DNA of 64,000 nucleotides. Origin: Octopus sinensis (Eukaryota). The position numbers and the translations under genes are program-made. Shown piece by piece: positions 1 through 12,949 of this stretch (positions within the stretch are counted from its first letter, which is position 1; each line of letters starts with the position of its first letter). The notes under the pieces are model-generated. The model saw only the letters and a program-made list of their open reading frames with translations, was not told the DNA's origin and ran no database searches. The stretch spans positions 152,334,001 through 152,398,000 of the forward strand of contig NC_042998.1 in the NCBI RefSeq assembly GCF_006345805.1. Reading direction: 5' to 3'.

Positions 1-167
1 ACAAAAGACGAATTAGTCATAAGACAAAAATATTATTCATATAGAAAAATATTATTCATGTAGTTATACAATTAAGGGCTCCTAAATTAAGATGCCGTGT
101 GCTGGGAACACAAAAAGGGGATGAATTTATCGAGAGTGAAAATCAAAAACGTTTACCGATAACTTTA

Positions 168-249
168 ACAACTCGAACCGCACGGTTTCTGCTTCTTTCT
201 AGCAAAACACAGAATATGTTTGCTAAGGCTGGCTTCGTCAGCGAGTCGC
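168..249 (-). ncRNA. Type I hammerhead ribozyme, copy 1
   Basis: Minus strand reads gcgactcg-CUGACGA-[stem II with inner hairpin uagcaaa...uuugcua]-GAAA-ccg-ug-cgg-UU-cgaguugu. Stem I is 8 bp (2 G-U), stem III is 4 bp with a 2-nt loop, and the core is consensus. Predicted cleavage is between 176 and 175. The basal pair of stem II is an A-A mismatch. Confidence 0.8.
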
Positions 250-623
250 CTAAATTGAATCGAGGTCTGCAGCGATGTGGGACCATGTGTTGATCCCGAC
301 TACTAGCAGATCTTAACTTTTCAAATCTCTGCGCAGACGCAAAACTTACACGGCAGTATAGGGCATGCCGGGAAAAATTTTACGAATAAATCCATCATGT
401 AATATGCGAATATAAACAAAACGGGTAGTAATATTATTTACTACCAGGTGCCCAGCACAAAAGACGAATTAGTCATAAGACAAAAATATTATTCATATAG
501 AAAAATATTATTCATGTAGTTATACAATTAAGGGCTCCTAAATTAAGATGCCGAGTGCTGGGAACACAAAAAGGGGATGAATTTATCGAGAGTGAAAATC
601 AAAAACGTTTACCGATAACTTTA

Positions 624-705
624 ACAACTCGAACCGCACGGTTTCTGCTTCTTTCTAGCAAAACACAGAATATGTTTGCTAAGGCTGGCTTCGTCAGCGA
701 GTCGC
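624..705 (-). ncRNA. Type I hammerhead ribozyme, copy 2
   Basis: Identical motif to 168-249, shifted by 456 bp. Confidence 0.8.
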
Positions 706-868
706 CTAAATTGAATCGAGGTCTGCAGCGATGTGGGACCATGTGTTGATCCCGACTACTAGCAGATCTTAACATTTCAAATCTCTGCGCAGACGCAAAA
801 CTTACACGGCAGTATAGGGCATGCCGGGAAGAATTTTACGAATAAATCCATCATGTAATATGCGAATA

Positions 869-956
869 TGTATATATATGTATATATATACATATATATA
901 TGTATATATATGTATATATAGACATATATATACATATATATATATGTAAGTATGTT

Positions 957-1012
<56 letters not shown>

Positions 1013-1230
1013 TATATGTATATATAAGTATATATATACGTATATATAGACATATATATATATATACATATATATATAAATATGTAAGTATGTTTGTATA
1101 TATGTAACATTTGTGTATATATATATATATATATACATGTATATACATATATATGTATGTATGTATGTATATGTAGGTCACTAAAATAGATTTACACGTG
1201 TATATATTTGTAAATGTGTATGTCTGTATA
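869..1230. repeat. (TA)n/(TATG)n microsatellite complex
   Basis: Direct inspection. Confidence 0.95.
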
Positions 1231-1886
1231 TGTGTATATGGATAGATGAATATGTATCTAGTTACAAACCCATTTCTTACTCTTGTTTTTATCACTGCAT
1301 GTCCTTTATTTGCTCTACTATTTCATTCTGAAAAATTGTTGACTACTTGGCATTACGTTCCCTCCTCATTCAGAGCTGGTTGTAAAAGCTACACGGCTCT
1401 CAAAAACTTTTTCTCGAAATGAAGATAACTTCAATAAGCCAATATCTATCTATCTATAACCCATATCTATCTATCATTATTACTGTTTTGCTCCCTCTTT
1501 ATACCCGCGTGGACCATTTTCATACTAGCTAACCACTTAATCTATTCCTTCAACATGAACGCAACATTCAAAATACTGCCTGGATTTAGCTGTGACTTAA
1601 GGACCTATACCTTGACGAAAGTATGGACCAACCTCCATACCCGCTGGAAGAAGATGAGCTATGAACTTTATTCTCCTGTCTGTATTCTTCTATCTACTGT
1701 TTTACTCTTTATTCTTCTACTGTTTTATTCCTTTATAAGCTGTGAGTTCCCTATCTAGAACTTTCATACATACTCACCTTGTCTCTGATAACGGAATACC
1801 CAGTGTATAGAGATGCTAACCTATCACTTGGTATATCCCAGAAACAGCTGTAAGGCATCCAATAATTTATTAATTAATTAGTTAAT

Positions 1887-1965
<79 letters not shown>

Positions 1966-2039
1966 CATACATTTGTATGTATGAAAGTATGTATGTATGT
2001 ATGTATGTATGTATGCATTCATGCATTCATGCATTCATG

Positions 2040-2094
<55 letters not shown>

Positions 2095-2305
2095 GGTGGC
2101 TAGACGCAATTTAAAATCAAAAGGCACAAACACAGTGGTTATTAAACGTGACTAAAGGTACAAGTCATCACCAGCAGCGTTAGAAATAAGAGTCAAAATA
2201 ACTCTTAGCCACGGACAGAGTTGTGTGTGTGTTTGTGTGTGATGTGTGCTACTAAAGAAATTTTCGTATCCCACGCACCCTATTACAATACTGCTTTAGG
2301 CAGGG

Positions 2306-3356
2306 TTGGTTACCGAGAGACAATTTAATACATACACGACGCCGATATACACAACTTTACCAATTCCATCACTAATAATACACGCTACATACGAACACAA
2401 CGTTACAGTAAGCAAACTGACTCGGATCGACTATATAAGTCAAAAGGAATTAGTCAAGACATCAAATGACACTCCAAAACTCCTAGACACACACAACACA
2501 ACCATACTACAACTCACAACACAATACAAATATGATAAACATGATGTCCTCTGGTATAACCTAATCCACAATTCACAGATCGCTAGGGAAATGTTTGTCA
2601 CTTTAGATAAATGTTTCCCAAAATCAAACACATGCTTTACTATTTTAATAGGTACACGTAAACTCTACTAACCTAGAATAACAACTACGCCACATTAATT
2701 ACAGAAAAATTAACCAACCGTCGAATAAACCACCCACTGAACCCCTAGCCTTCCGGTTCGACAAATAGAAAGGATAACAAAGAACAAAATGTCAAGAAAA
2801 GCAATACCAACCAAAATGAACACTCGCTGCGGCTACAAACGGATAACAAACATAAGGATATAAACGACACAGTAATGGTGTCGGGAATTGAGATCAGCAG
2901 AGTCTCAAATGCAACTAAATCTAATAAATGCCCATGCAGAGAAAAAACAAAATGCCTATTGATGACCCTCCGTATGAGTACAAATGTTGTATATAAGTGC
3001 ACCGTACACAAAAGGGGAGAGCCCTCTGATTAGATGGTGCAACGGCTGATTCTTTCAAGAACTGATATCGAAACCATGTCGCCAGCTTCAATAAAATCAC
3101 CAAGAGATATTCGACATCTTTGACTGATTTTGTGTGGCAAAAGATTAAATACGAAATGAAATATAATCTCAGTTTGTCCACAATAAAACATGCACAACTG
3201 TACAATATCCTTTCTAGTAGATGCAGACTGAGCTCTGAGGAATCGCTTTCCATTTTGTGGACCAATGAGAAGTTCATTATAGGATTTCTGAAAGATTATC
3301 AAGATACTTACATGCCACTAAGAGTACTTTCGTACAATACAGTGCGCATTAATTAG
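2306..3356 (+). mobile_element. Degenerate Penelope-like element 3' fragment (post-RT linker plus GIY-YIG endonuclease; Penelope/Poseidon type)
   Basis: DVLWYNL...LDKCFPKSNT matches the PLE 'IWYNPP...IDKHFP' linker. Downstream frames read CPCREKTKC..NVVYKCTV and YNILSSRCRLSSEESLSIL (GIY-YIG region). Multiple frameshifts. Confidence 0.8.
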
Positions 3357-4251
3357 AGTAATCGTCGACTAAATTAATAACTTCACTTTGCCTACACGTA
3401 TAGATGTATAACTGTAACTTCCCCATTCTTAAAAAAATAATGCCAACTAGTTGCCAACATCACTTGGATGCCCCTTGGTCATTGTATACCGCTTAAAGTG
3501 AGAAAAATACCAACTTTAGTCTCTCAATAAGTATCGCTCACCGTGGGGTAAAAACTCGATAAATCCTACGCCTATCTACACTGGTGATCCTTACCCAGAC
3601 ATTGATGCTTTCTACAGGCTATCGATTGTTTTATTAGCCATTAAAAAAATACACATCTACTATGTCAGTATTTATATCTGTACAACTCCTATGAGTATAC
3701 CAGCCAGACCCAATGAACCGCACAACAGAATCTGTGACTCCTCACCAAGCGGAGTCCTATCACTACCAGATAATAGGTAATGACTTTATTAATATCTACT
3801 TAATTTCTTGAGTGTATGTGAACCAAAACACGCGCGCGTGTGCTTGTATGTGCGTCTGCGTTTGTACGAGCGAGTGTAAGTGCGCCAGACCACGTATGTG
3901 TGGGCGTTTATACATCCATATCTACTAACGGTTATATCTAATAGCTTTTTCGCTGTATTGTGTATTTGTTTCTTTTTAGTATCTGGCATTTGTTATGGGT
4001 CTTCTATAAATACGAAACTGTACACCTCAATCTACCATTTATATAAGACCAAGAAGGAATCTTACGTAACAGAGTTTTTATTAACGAGATACCTATTGAA
4101 ATCACCCGAGGAGACATCTCCACCAACCGATGCACCTAAGTCAGATGTTCAGTATCTCATCTACGAGGGATCGATGCTAGATGGGTTGAAACAATTGTAG
4201 TGATCAATATTCACATGTTTGCCATCTTCCATCTCTTTCTATTTTTATATA

Positions 4252-4287
<36 letters not shown>

Positions 4288-4357
4288 ATATGCACATATA
4301 AATATACATATTATACGTATACACACACATATATATAACCACATATATAGACATATA

Positions 4358-5872
4358 CAGGGTGCGATGGGTAAATTGTCGCCATTTTATATTTTTAATT
4401 TCGCGCATGTGCATTGTGTGTTTTTTAGTTTGTCGACTGCACAGTGGATACTGTCTGTGAGAAAAACAGCACCATGACACAATTGACTCTGCCAGAAATT
4501 TGGAGACGACATGCTGTACTGCTTGGCATTCGCGACGGAAGCTCCAATACGAACATTTCATAGTGTTTGGGTGTCAATCTGAGAACAGTGCAGAGGATTC
4601 GGAAAGAGTTGAATGAATGTAATGGTGATTATAAAGGTAGGGCAGTTCGGAAAACTCACTCTGATCGTTCTGATAACAAAATAACTCCTGAATTTGTTGG
4701 TGGGATCCAGGCCTGATTAACAACGATCCCTACAAGCCAATCCGGTCTATCGCCAGGGACATGGGAGTGTCTGAGTTTCTTATCAGGTAGGTAGTGCATG
4801 AAGGTATTCGGTATTCCTCATACAAGATGAGAAAGGTCCAATTTTTATCCCAAGCCATCTTGTACAAGAGGAAAGACCGCGCTACGAAGCATTTGAACAA
4901 ACTCAAACATCCTTTCCAGCGGAACATGCTTTGGTCTTTCTCTGACGAGAAAAATTTCTGCCAGAATCAGATGGTGAGCACACAGAACAATCGTTGGCTT
5001 GCCGTTTCTCCAAAATATGTACCGAAAGTGATAAAAATCAAACATTAATCAACATCATGAGGTTTGGAGTGATCACTGGTGGTGGCGACGTTATGCCTCC
5101 ATTCCTCTTCTTACACTGCCTCAGACTGAACACGGGGGCCTACATGAAGTGCCTGGAGGAGGAAGTGCTGCCCTGGGTCAAGAGGGTGGTTGCTGGAAGA
5201 CCCTATGTCTATCAACAGGACTGTGCAAAAGGCGGCGAGTTGGCAGAAACGTTAGTACGCCGGGCGAAATGCTTAGCGGTATTTCGTCTGCGTCTACGTT
5301 CTGAGTTCAAATTCCGCCGAGGTCGACTTTGCCTTTCATCCTTTCGGGGTTGCACTGAGGTCGATATAATCGACTTAATCCGTTTGTCTGTCCTTGTCTG
5401 TCCCTTCTGTCTTTAGCCCTTTGTGGGTAGTAAAGAAATAAGAACAGGACTGTGACCATGCCACACAAGCAGGAGAACCCATAGATAGTTGTCAGACAAT
5501 TTCTGCGACCTCATCACCCCTAACATCTAACCACCTAACTCCCCAGACTTCCACCCCCTTGATTACTCTGTGTAGTGTGCAGTTGAGCGAGAGACCAACA
5601 AAACTCTTTGTTACACCAAAGATGAAGTGAAGGCAAGGATTATGGCAGCGTTCACCAAATTAAACAAGGAGACCGTCAAGAAGAGTTGCAGGGGATTCCG
5701 AAATCGTCTGGAGACCGTAGTTGGAGCCCATGGCGATTTTAATGAATAACTATACTCTTTAGTATTTCGACATATTTTTATGTAATTTTGGTAAATATAT
5801 CTGTTAAAATGAGATGTTAGTGTTGCTTTCATTTTTGCGTAATTTAGACGACAATTTATCCCCAGCACTCTG
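4358..5872 (+). mobile_element. Tc1/mariner DD37D (maT-type) DNA transposon, decayed
   Basis: TA-flanked imperfect TIRs CAGGGTGCGATGGGTAAATTGTCG / CGACAATTTATCCCCAGCACTCTG. Motifs FSDEKNF, QQDCAPCH and SPDFHPLDYSV are present; the second-to-third Asp spacing is 37 after removing the SINE. In-frame stops. Confidence 0.9.
5226..5442 (+). mobile_element. tRNA-derived SINE (octopus-type) inserted in the DD37D transposase
   Basis: Head ggcggcgagttggcagaaacgttag...ctgagttcaaattccgcc (A/B-box-like); tail ...tttagccctttgtgggtagtaaagaaata; 12-bp target-site duplication aacaggactgtg at 5214-5225 and 5443-5454. Confidence 0.9.
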
Positions 5873-5888
5873 TATATATACATTTATA

Positions 5889-5956
<68 letters not shown>

Positions 5957-5961
<5 letters not shown>

Positions 5962-6056
5962 TAATCCAAACAAGAAAACAGAAAAGCCAACAACACAAAG
6001 AGGTGGAACAATTAAAGTATTATTATTAGGCGCTCAGGAAAAAAGGGAAGAAGGCG

Positions 6057-6058
<2 letters not shown>
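5957..6058 (-). mobile_element. 5'-truncated copy of a (TA)n-inserted repeat (putative PLE pseudo-LTR; same family as 27096-27314)
   Basis: Reverse complement aligns to 27210-27314 and ends ...cttgtttggattaacctt into (TA)n. Flanked by (TA)n on both sides. Confidence 0.7.
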
Positions 6059-6109
<51 letters not shown>

Positions 6110-6115
<6 letters not shown>

Positions 6116-6427
6116 AAGTAAAAGTTCTTGGTACAGTATTATATATATTTGAAAGAATGAGTAGAGATGGTTTGGGGGGAGGGGATCATTTTTATTTTAA
6201 TCTCAAGACTAAAATAAAATTTATCCCCTCAAAAAATCCATCTCTACTCATTCTTGCAAATATATATAATACTGAACCAAGAACTTTCTCTTTATTATTC
6301 TTCTATATATATGTGTGTATATTTCTGTATGTTTGTCTGCCTAAAAAATCCATCTCTACTCATTCTTGCAAATATATATAATACTGAACCAAGAACTTTC
6401 TCTTTATTATTCTTCTATATATATGTA
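6110..6427. repeat. Fold-back (arms 6110-6199 and 6210-6298) plus a 112-bp-period direct repeat of the right arm (6343-6427)
   Basis: taataaagtaaaagttcttggtacagtattatatatatttgaaagaatgagtagagatgg is the reverse complement of ccatctctactcattcttgcaaatatatataatactgaaccaagaactttctctttatta, which occurs twice in direct orientation. Confidence 0.85.
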
Positions 6428-7390
6428 TATATATTTCTGTAGGTATGTATATATGTATATGTATTTCTGTGTGTATGTATATATGTATATTTCTGTATGT
6501 ATGTATATATGTAAATATATTTCTGTATGTATGCATATACAGAATCATGTATGTATATTCACGCATGTATGTGAGTCTGTGTGTGCATGTATTCGTGTAC
6601 GTCTGCATGTATGTATAGTTTAAAGGTAAAGATACGTGAGAAATAAATCAGGTTAATTGTGTGTAGACATGTGTGTGAATGTGTGCATGTGTGTATGCTG
6701 TTGTTGTTGTTGCTGCTATTTTTGTTGAGAGTACGTACACTGAGGATTAAAGTACTGACGAATGGTTAAGAAGTTCATTTGGTTGTCATGAAGCCTGAGG
6801 TTCGATTCTGTTGCGTTGCCGCTTAGTCTTTTACCACAGTCTGGGGTTGATGCAAGCCTTATCAGTTTAAGAGTCTGGACGAAAACCGCGTGGAAACCTG
6901 TAATTCACTGTGGCACACTGGCGCTGGCTAACAATTATATTAAGAGTACAACTGTATGAGGAATACTCGACCATTTATACTGTAATTCAATGAATAAGTC
7001 GTTCAGTTGATTGAACAACTAGAACAGTAATCGTCAATGGCGACGCAGATACATTCATTTGATGAGCACTCGTGCGTGCGCATGTGTGTGTTGTATATGT
7101 GTGGGTGGATGTGCCGCGCGTGCATAATTATACAGACAGAGAGATATATACATACATACATACATATATAAATACATACATACATACATATATACATACA
7201 TACATATACACACACACACACATATATATATATATACATACGGGCGGACACGTGTGGGTCAGTGTGCGTGTATGTGTGTATGTGTGTATGTGTGTATGTG
7301 TAATAGTGGTCAAACTTCAATGAATATGTCTTCCTTCCTATGAATCATATAAAAACTTACACAGAAATATGCACATACACACACATTCAC

Positions 7391-7445
<55 letters not shown>

Positions 7446-8104
7446 CATATGACTATAAATATATGTATTTGTATGTGTATGTATCATGTCTATATATTAT
7501 CAGAGCTCCACGTCTATAAACATACATACATCAATGCATTCTATACATTATAACCGTGTACATATACACACATACAGAGAGAAAGATATGGAGATGTTTG
7601 CGTACAGCCATGTAGGGAGATTTTCACGTGAAACTATCGATTCCGATTTTGAAACGCGGTGGACCTATCCTTATCTAAATGTTTATCGACCTCCATCAAA
7701 TGAGATTATAGCATGAACAACTAAAAAAGATATGTAAGTATGTCTGTGAGTGCTTGTGTGTGTGTATGTGTGTGCTCGTGTGAGTGTATGTGTGTGTGTG
7801 TGTGTGTGTGTTTGTGTGTGTAAACTAAATTATACATGCACACACACACATCGAAATTCGTATACATGTATATAACGATTTTATACACTCACACACATTA
7901 TGTCAATACATACGTGTGTGTGTGTGAATGTACATATATGCATATATATATTTTTGTATACATACATACGTTACATACATACATAACTGTATACATGCAT
8001 ATCAGCAATATCTATATCTGCGTGCGTACGTTTCATGTAAGTATAGTATTGATCTCACTATTTAAAGAGTAGGATATGTGTGCGTGTGTGCAAGTATGTA
8101 TGTA

Positions 8105-8517
<413 letters not shown>

Positions 8518-8797
8518 CGTGTGTGCGTGTTTGAGTGTGTATGTGTGTGTTTGCGCGCGCGTGTGTAAAGACACATCAGAAGGAAAGCGGTAGGTGGGTG
8601 TGCAGAGGTTAAAATTCACTCCATGCTGTGAAATTTGATGGAATGTTTCGTTAGCGTGACACGAAATTCGCTCCAAAATCACAAACACGCTCCAAACACG
8701 CACCACCAAGCACCAAGGACACCAACATACATCAATATTCAGATACTTACACGCACGCTCATACACACACACACACATAAGCATACACGCAGATATG

Positions 8798-8881
<84 letters not shown>

Positions 8882-8898
8882 TATATATATATATATAT

Positions 8899-9060
<162 letters not shown>

Positions 9061-9744
9061 TGCGTACCAAGACCAGTAATGTGAGAAACACTCTCACAAG
9101 ACACCTGAAAACTCCTATTCGAAGTCGAACGAGACTGCCTGCTACAAGTAGCAATCAGAATCCTTGAAATCTTATATGAATCCTATAAATTTCAAATGCT
9201 TGTGTAAATAATGAAATATGCACTGCTTTCAGCACTTTCCAATATACACTGGATTGCCATGGTTGTATTGCCTTCCATCATATATTCTCTGGTCAACACC
9301 AACATTGTGTGAATCAGTAACAGCAAGAAACGAGTTTATACAAAGACTGTCATTACAATAGCTAAGGGGAATAACTGAGATGGATCACTGACAGGAATTT
9401 AGATAATTTAGATGGAAACGGTGTATCAAAAGACTAATGAATAACTAATCAATAGCTAATCAATAACTAATCAATAACTAGAGATGTATTCTCTACGCGG
9501 CTCGCTTATTCAACTTGCCGTCTGAAAAATTGAAGGAGACAGGGTGTCACAGTAGATAGAAAAATACTAGTGTTGGCTGCCACATCTTTCAAACTGGATG
9601 GTCACCTTCTGGGAATAAGGCCTTAAATATATTCAGAATTAAGGTTGAGCTGAGCAGTAGCAACGACAACGACGACAATAAGAAATAAGGCTACACAAAC
9701 AACTGCAACAACAATAACAACAATCACGGGCATCCAGTCTATTA

Positions 9745-9995
9745 CGAGTGTGGTGCTGAAAAGTTGTTGTAATTAAGTAAAAGGAAATACAAGAGGCTCA
9801 GGTAATTATGATTTTATTTAACAACTTCAATCCCTTATTGCAGCAGTCCTTCAGTTTTTCTAAGCTCTGTAAAAAGAACTCGGAAGATTAGGCCTCTGTA
9901 GAAGTGATCACTTCCGAATTGGAGTGAATTCTTTCTCTTGAAATTTTTCTTCAGTTGTGGAAAGAGGTGATAATAGGAGGCGGCAATGGCTCTGA
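9745..9995 (-). mobile_element. Mariner 3'-end fragment
   Basis: TA-cgagtgtggtgctgaaaagtt resembles the TIR at 11099. The minus strand gives decayed mariner C-terminal text (..HSNSEVITSTEA..SEFF..SLEKLKD..NK). Confidence 0.6.
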
Positions 9996-10807
9996 ACATT
10001 CTCCAAACCAAGTGCGCCAGGAATTCTCTACAGCCAACCTCGACTTGAAATGACCATCCTTTCCCCCTGCCATCTCGCAGAAGATTCTGCTATATAGTAT
10101 TCTTCAATTCAAAGACTTGATGACGCTTTCTTCGGAACGATCAGATTTCTTCGGCTCAAGACTTTTTAGATAACTTGTATCTGTAACATCTTCCCAGGTC
10201 TACCTTCATATTCCATGATGAGACATTGTCTTATAGATTGTTCTTCTTGTGATCGCTGACGACATGTTTCACTCCTTTACGAAATTAGATTGATTGTGTT
10301 GGTTTCTCTTGTGATTGCTGTTTGTTGCCGCCCACCTACTCCCCACCCTGTAACTGTGCATCAGAAGACCCTAGTCTTGGCCCCTACATCTATGTCACCT
10401 AGGTTTGGGCTTATAGGTGTTAAAATCCTTCACAGGATTTTAACACCTATAATAATCTTGCATAGCCCTGATGTTGTGTTCATGTTGTGTATTTTGTCTC
10501 CCATCTAACCCAGTCAATATGTCTGGCCTCTGTCTGTCAGTATTTTAGCACGCACACACACACACACAAACACACATTTGTAAAAGTTGCTATATAGCTG
10601 TCAGTCAATTTGTTTATTTGTCAGTCAATTTGTTTATTATAACAATTTTCTTAAAACTATATTCATACAACTCAAACGACTGCCACTTACACGTTTATTT
10701 TGCCACGCAGACGACTGTCTGGTTTCGATAAAAGTTCTATACCCGTGATCTCACAACCTCTTGTCTACAATATTTCAGTTAGCCAATCCTCTCTCTCTGT
10801 TTGTCTC

Positions 10808-10876
<69 letters not shown>

Positions 10877-11098
10877 CTCGCTCTCTCTCGCTCTCTCTCA
10901 CACACACACACACATAAACATAGACATACACTTACAAACGCGCTCCTTTCGACAAGCTTAACCGTTTTCATGTCGAAGTGTCAGTAGCTATATTACTTTG
11001 TGGACATAGCTACCGACCAGATCCTGTGTTTAAATATACTCGAATTTGATAAAGATTGCGCAGCTAGAATTAAATTGGTATTTGGTCTTTTGTGGCTA

Positions 11099-12239
11099 CG
11101 AGGGTGGGCTGAAAAGTTCATAAGCTATGAAGGAGTGATGCTACAACTGTCAATTTCATCAATTTCAACCTTCTTATTAATACCTGCATTGTTTCTTTCA
11201 GAAGTAAGTAGTAGCGACTTCTCTTGAAAATCGGCAAAGTTTGGCATCGTGGTATTATTAAGTATCTGCAGAAAAGAGGGTTTGACCTCCAACAACATTC
11301 ATGCTGACATAGTTGTTATATTAGGGAGTGATGCTCCAGCTTTATCAACAATTCAGAAGCGGATAGCTGAATTTAGGAGAGGAAAGGGGAGTTTTGAAAT
11401 TTGGACGTCCTGACACTGCACGCCATTAGGAAAACATTGATCGCGTTCACCACATAGTAATGGATGACAGATGATTGACTATAAATCAAATATTCCGTGA
11501 GAGAGTTGAGATATTCTGCACAACGAATTTGGTATGATAATGGCTTCTGCTCTATGAGTGTCGCGTTTTCTGACACTAGATCAAAAGCGCACCAGGCTGA
11601 TTACAGCAGGGGAAAATCTGACATCGAAGTAGATACAGCTGGTTTCCCAGAACACTTCGTAACCCAGGACGAGTGCTAGCTTCATCCCTTTGAGCTAGAG
11701 ACAAAGAGACAATCCATGCAGTGGAAACAGCCCTCCTCACCTACTCCAAAGAAGGCCAATGTCATTTCATTTGCAGGGAAGGTGACGGCCTCAAGTTTGG
11801 CGGGAATGATGCAAAAGACATTGTGTATTGACTATCTTCAAAAGGCCACACCATCAAGAGAAAGTATTAAGGAAAACTAACAAAAGGTGTTTTGTTTCAT
11901 CAGGATAGTACTCCTATACACAAGTCCTTGGTTTCAATGGCTGCTGTACGTGACTGACTTTGAACTGGTTGATCACCCTCCATATTCTCCTGATTTGGCC
12001 CAATTTGATTATCATCTGTTCCCCGACATGAAAAATTATTTGGCTGAGAACCAGCATCGCAGCGATGATGTCATTGCTGTTGATTACTATTTTGACCAAC
12101 ACGATGTGAGTTTCTTTACCAATGGGATACAAACACTGCTACACCTATGGAAGAAGAGCGTAGATTGCAAAATGAACCTCATAACGTGACATTCCATGAG
12201 AGCATTTGGTCAGCGTATGAACTTTTCAGCCGACCCTCG
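11099..12239 (+). mobile_element. Mariner (DD34D-type) transposon, decayed
   Basis: TA-flanked TIRs CGAGGGTGGGCTGAAAAGTTCATA / TATGAACTTTTCAGCCGACCCTCG. HPPYSPDLAQFDYHLFP matches the mariner YSPDLAP motif. Frameshifts and stops. Confidence 0.9.
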
Positions 12240-12949
12240 TAATATTAAACCGTCTGCTTCTCTTCTAATTGAGAACTTACACCCACTCTAGCTTTGGCTA
12301 CGATTTGGAAGATTTTTTAAAATACTTTACGGTATTTCTTCTAGGTTCTGAGTGCAAATCCCACCTGCTTGTGGATAGGCATAATCATAATAACTTCGGT
12401 GAAATGCTTTGTGGTATTTGTTTCAGCTGTTAATATTCTGAGTTCAAAATTAAAACTACTGTTCATCCTTTCGGAGTCGATGGCATTGACTAATCTCCTC
12501 CCTTCAAAAATTTATGGCCTTGTACGGGGATATGTAACAAAGTGTCGGCTGTTCACAAGTAGTGAACACTTTTCATTCAGATTTCGAGAATTTTGCAGAA
12601 GATTCGTGCAGTTCCACGCAATACTGTTTTTGTAGATGCCCTATCTTCACATTTGCTCTTATCTTTACAATTTAGTTTGTAAGCTTGGTATTTATATTTC
12701 CCAAAAGCTCCAGCACCAACAGTTATAACACTCACATTCTTCAATGACTACAGTTAACGATACTGTAAGATGTAAGGATCTAATGGGATCATGAAAATTA
12801 ACAAAGAAAGCTAGATATACTGAATATGAATAGAGTTTTAAAAAACTTGTTTAATCATAGATATTACATGCCCTAGTAAAAATAGTGTCGGAAGTAGAAG
12901 AGAAGTAGGCCAGATGTGATAATATGAAATGGGAAATAAAGTGATTATA

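Larger units (their letters stand above)
1..868 (-). repeat. Tandem repeat of a 456-bp non-coding unit (about 1.9 copies visible, running off the window start); each unit carries a hammerhead ribozyme; retrozyme-like or PLE pseudo-LTR array
   Basis: 1-412 recurs at 457-868 (offset 456, same as the duplicated ORFs at 99 and 555). I saw only about three substitutions by eye. The unit ends at a TA-rich microsatellite. Confidence 0.9.

Noticed and set aside
99-749. Duplicated 64-aa ORF MLGTQKGDEF...
   Set aside because: Starts at GTG, resembles no domain I recognise, and is antisense to the hammerhead; its duplication just reflects the 456-bp repeat.
1608-1650. TTGACGAA-gtatgg..ccatac hairpin resembling half a hammerhead
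   Set aside because: No GAAA or stem III follows.
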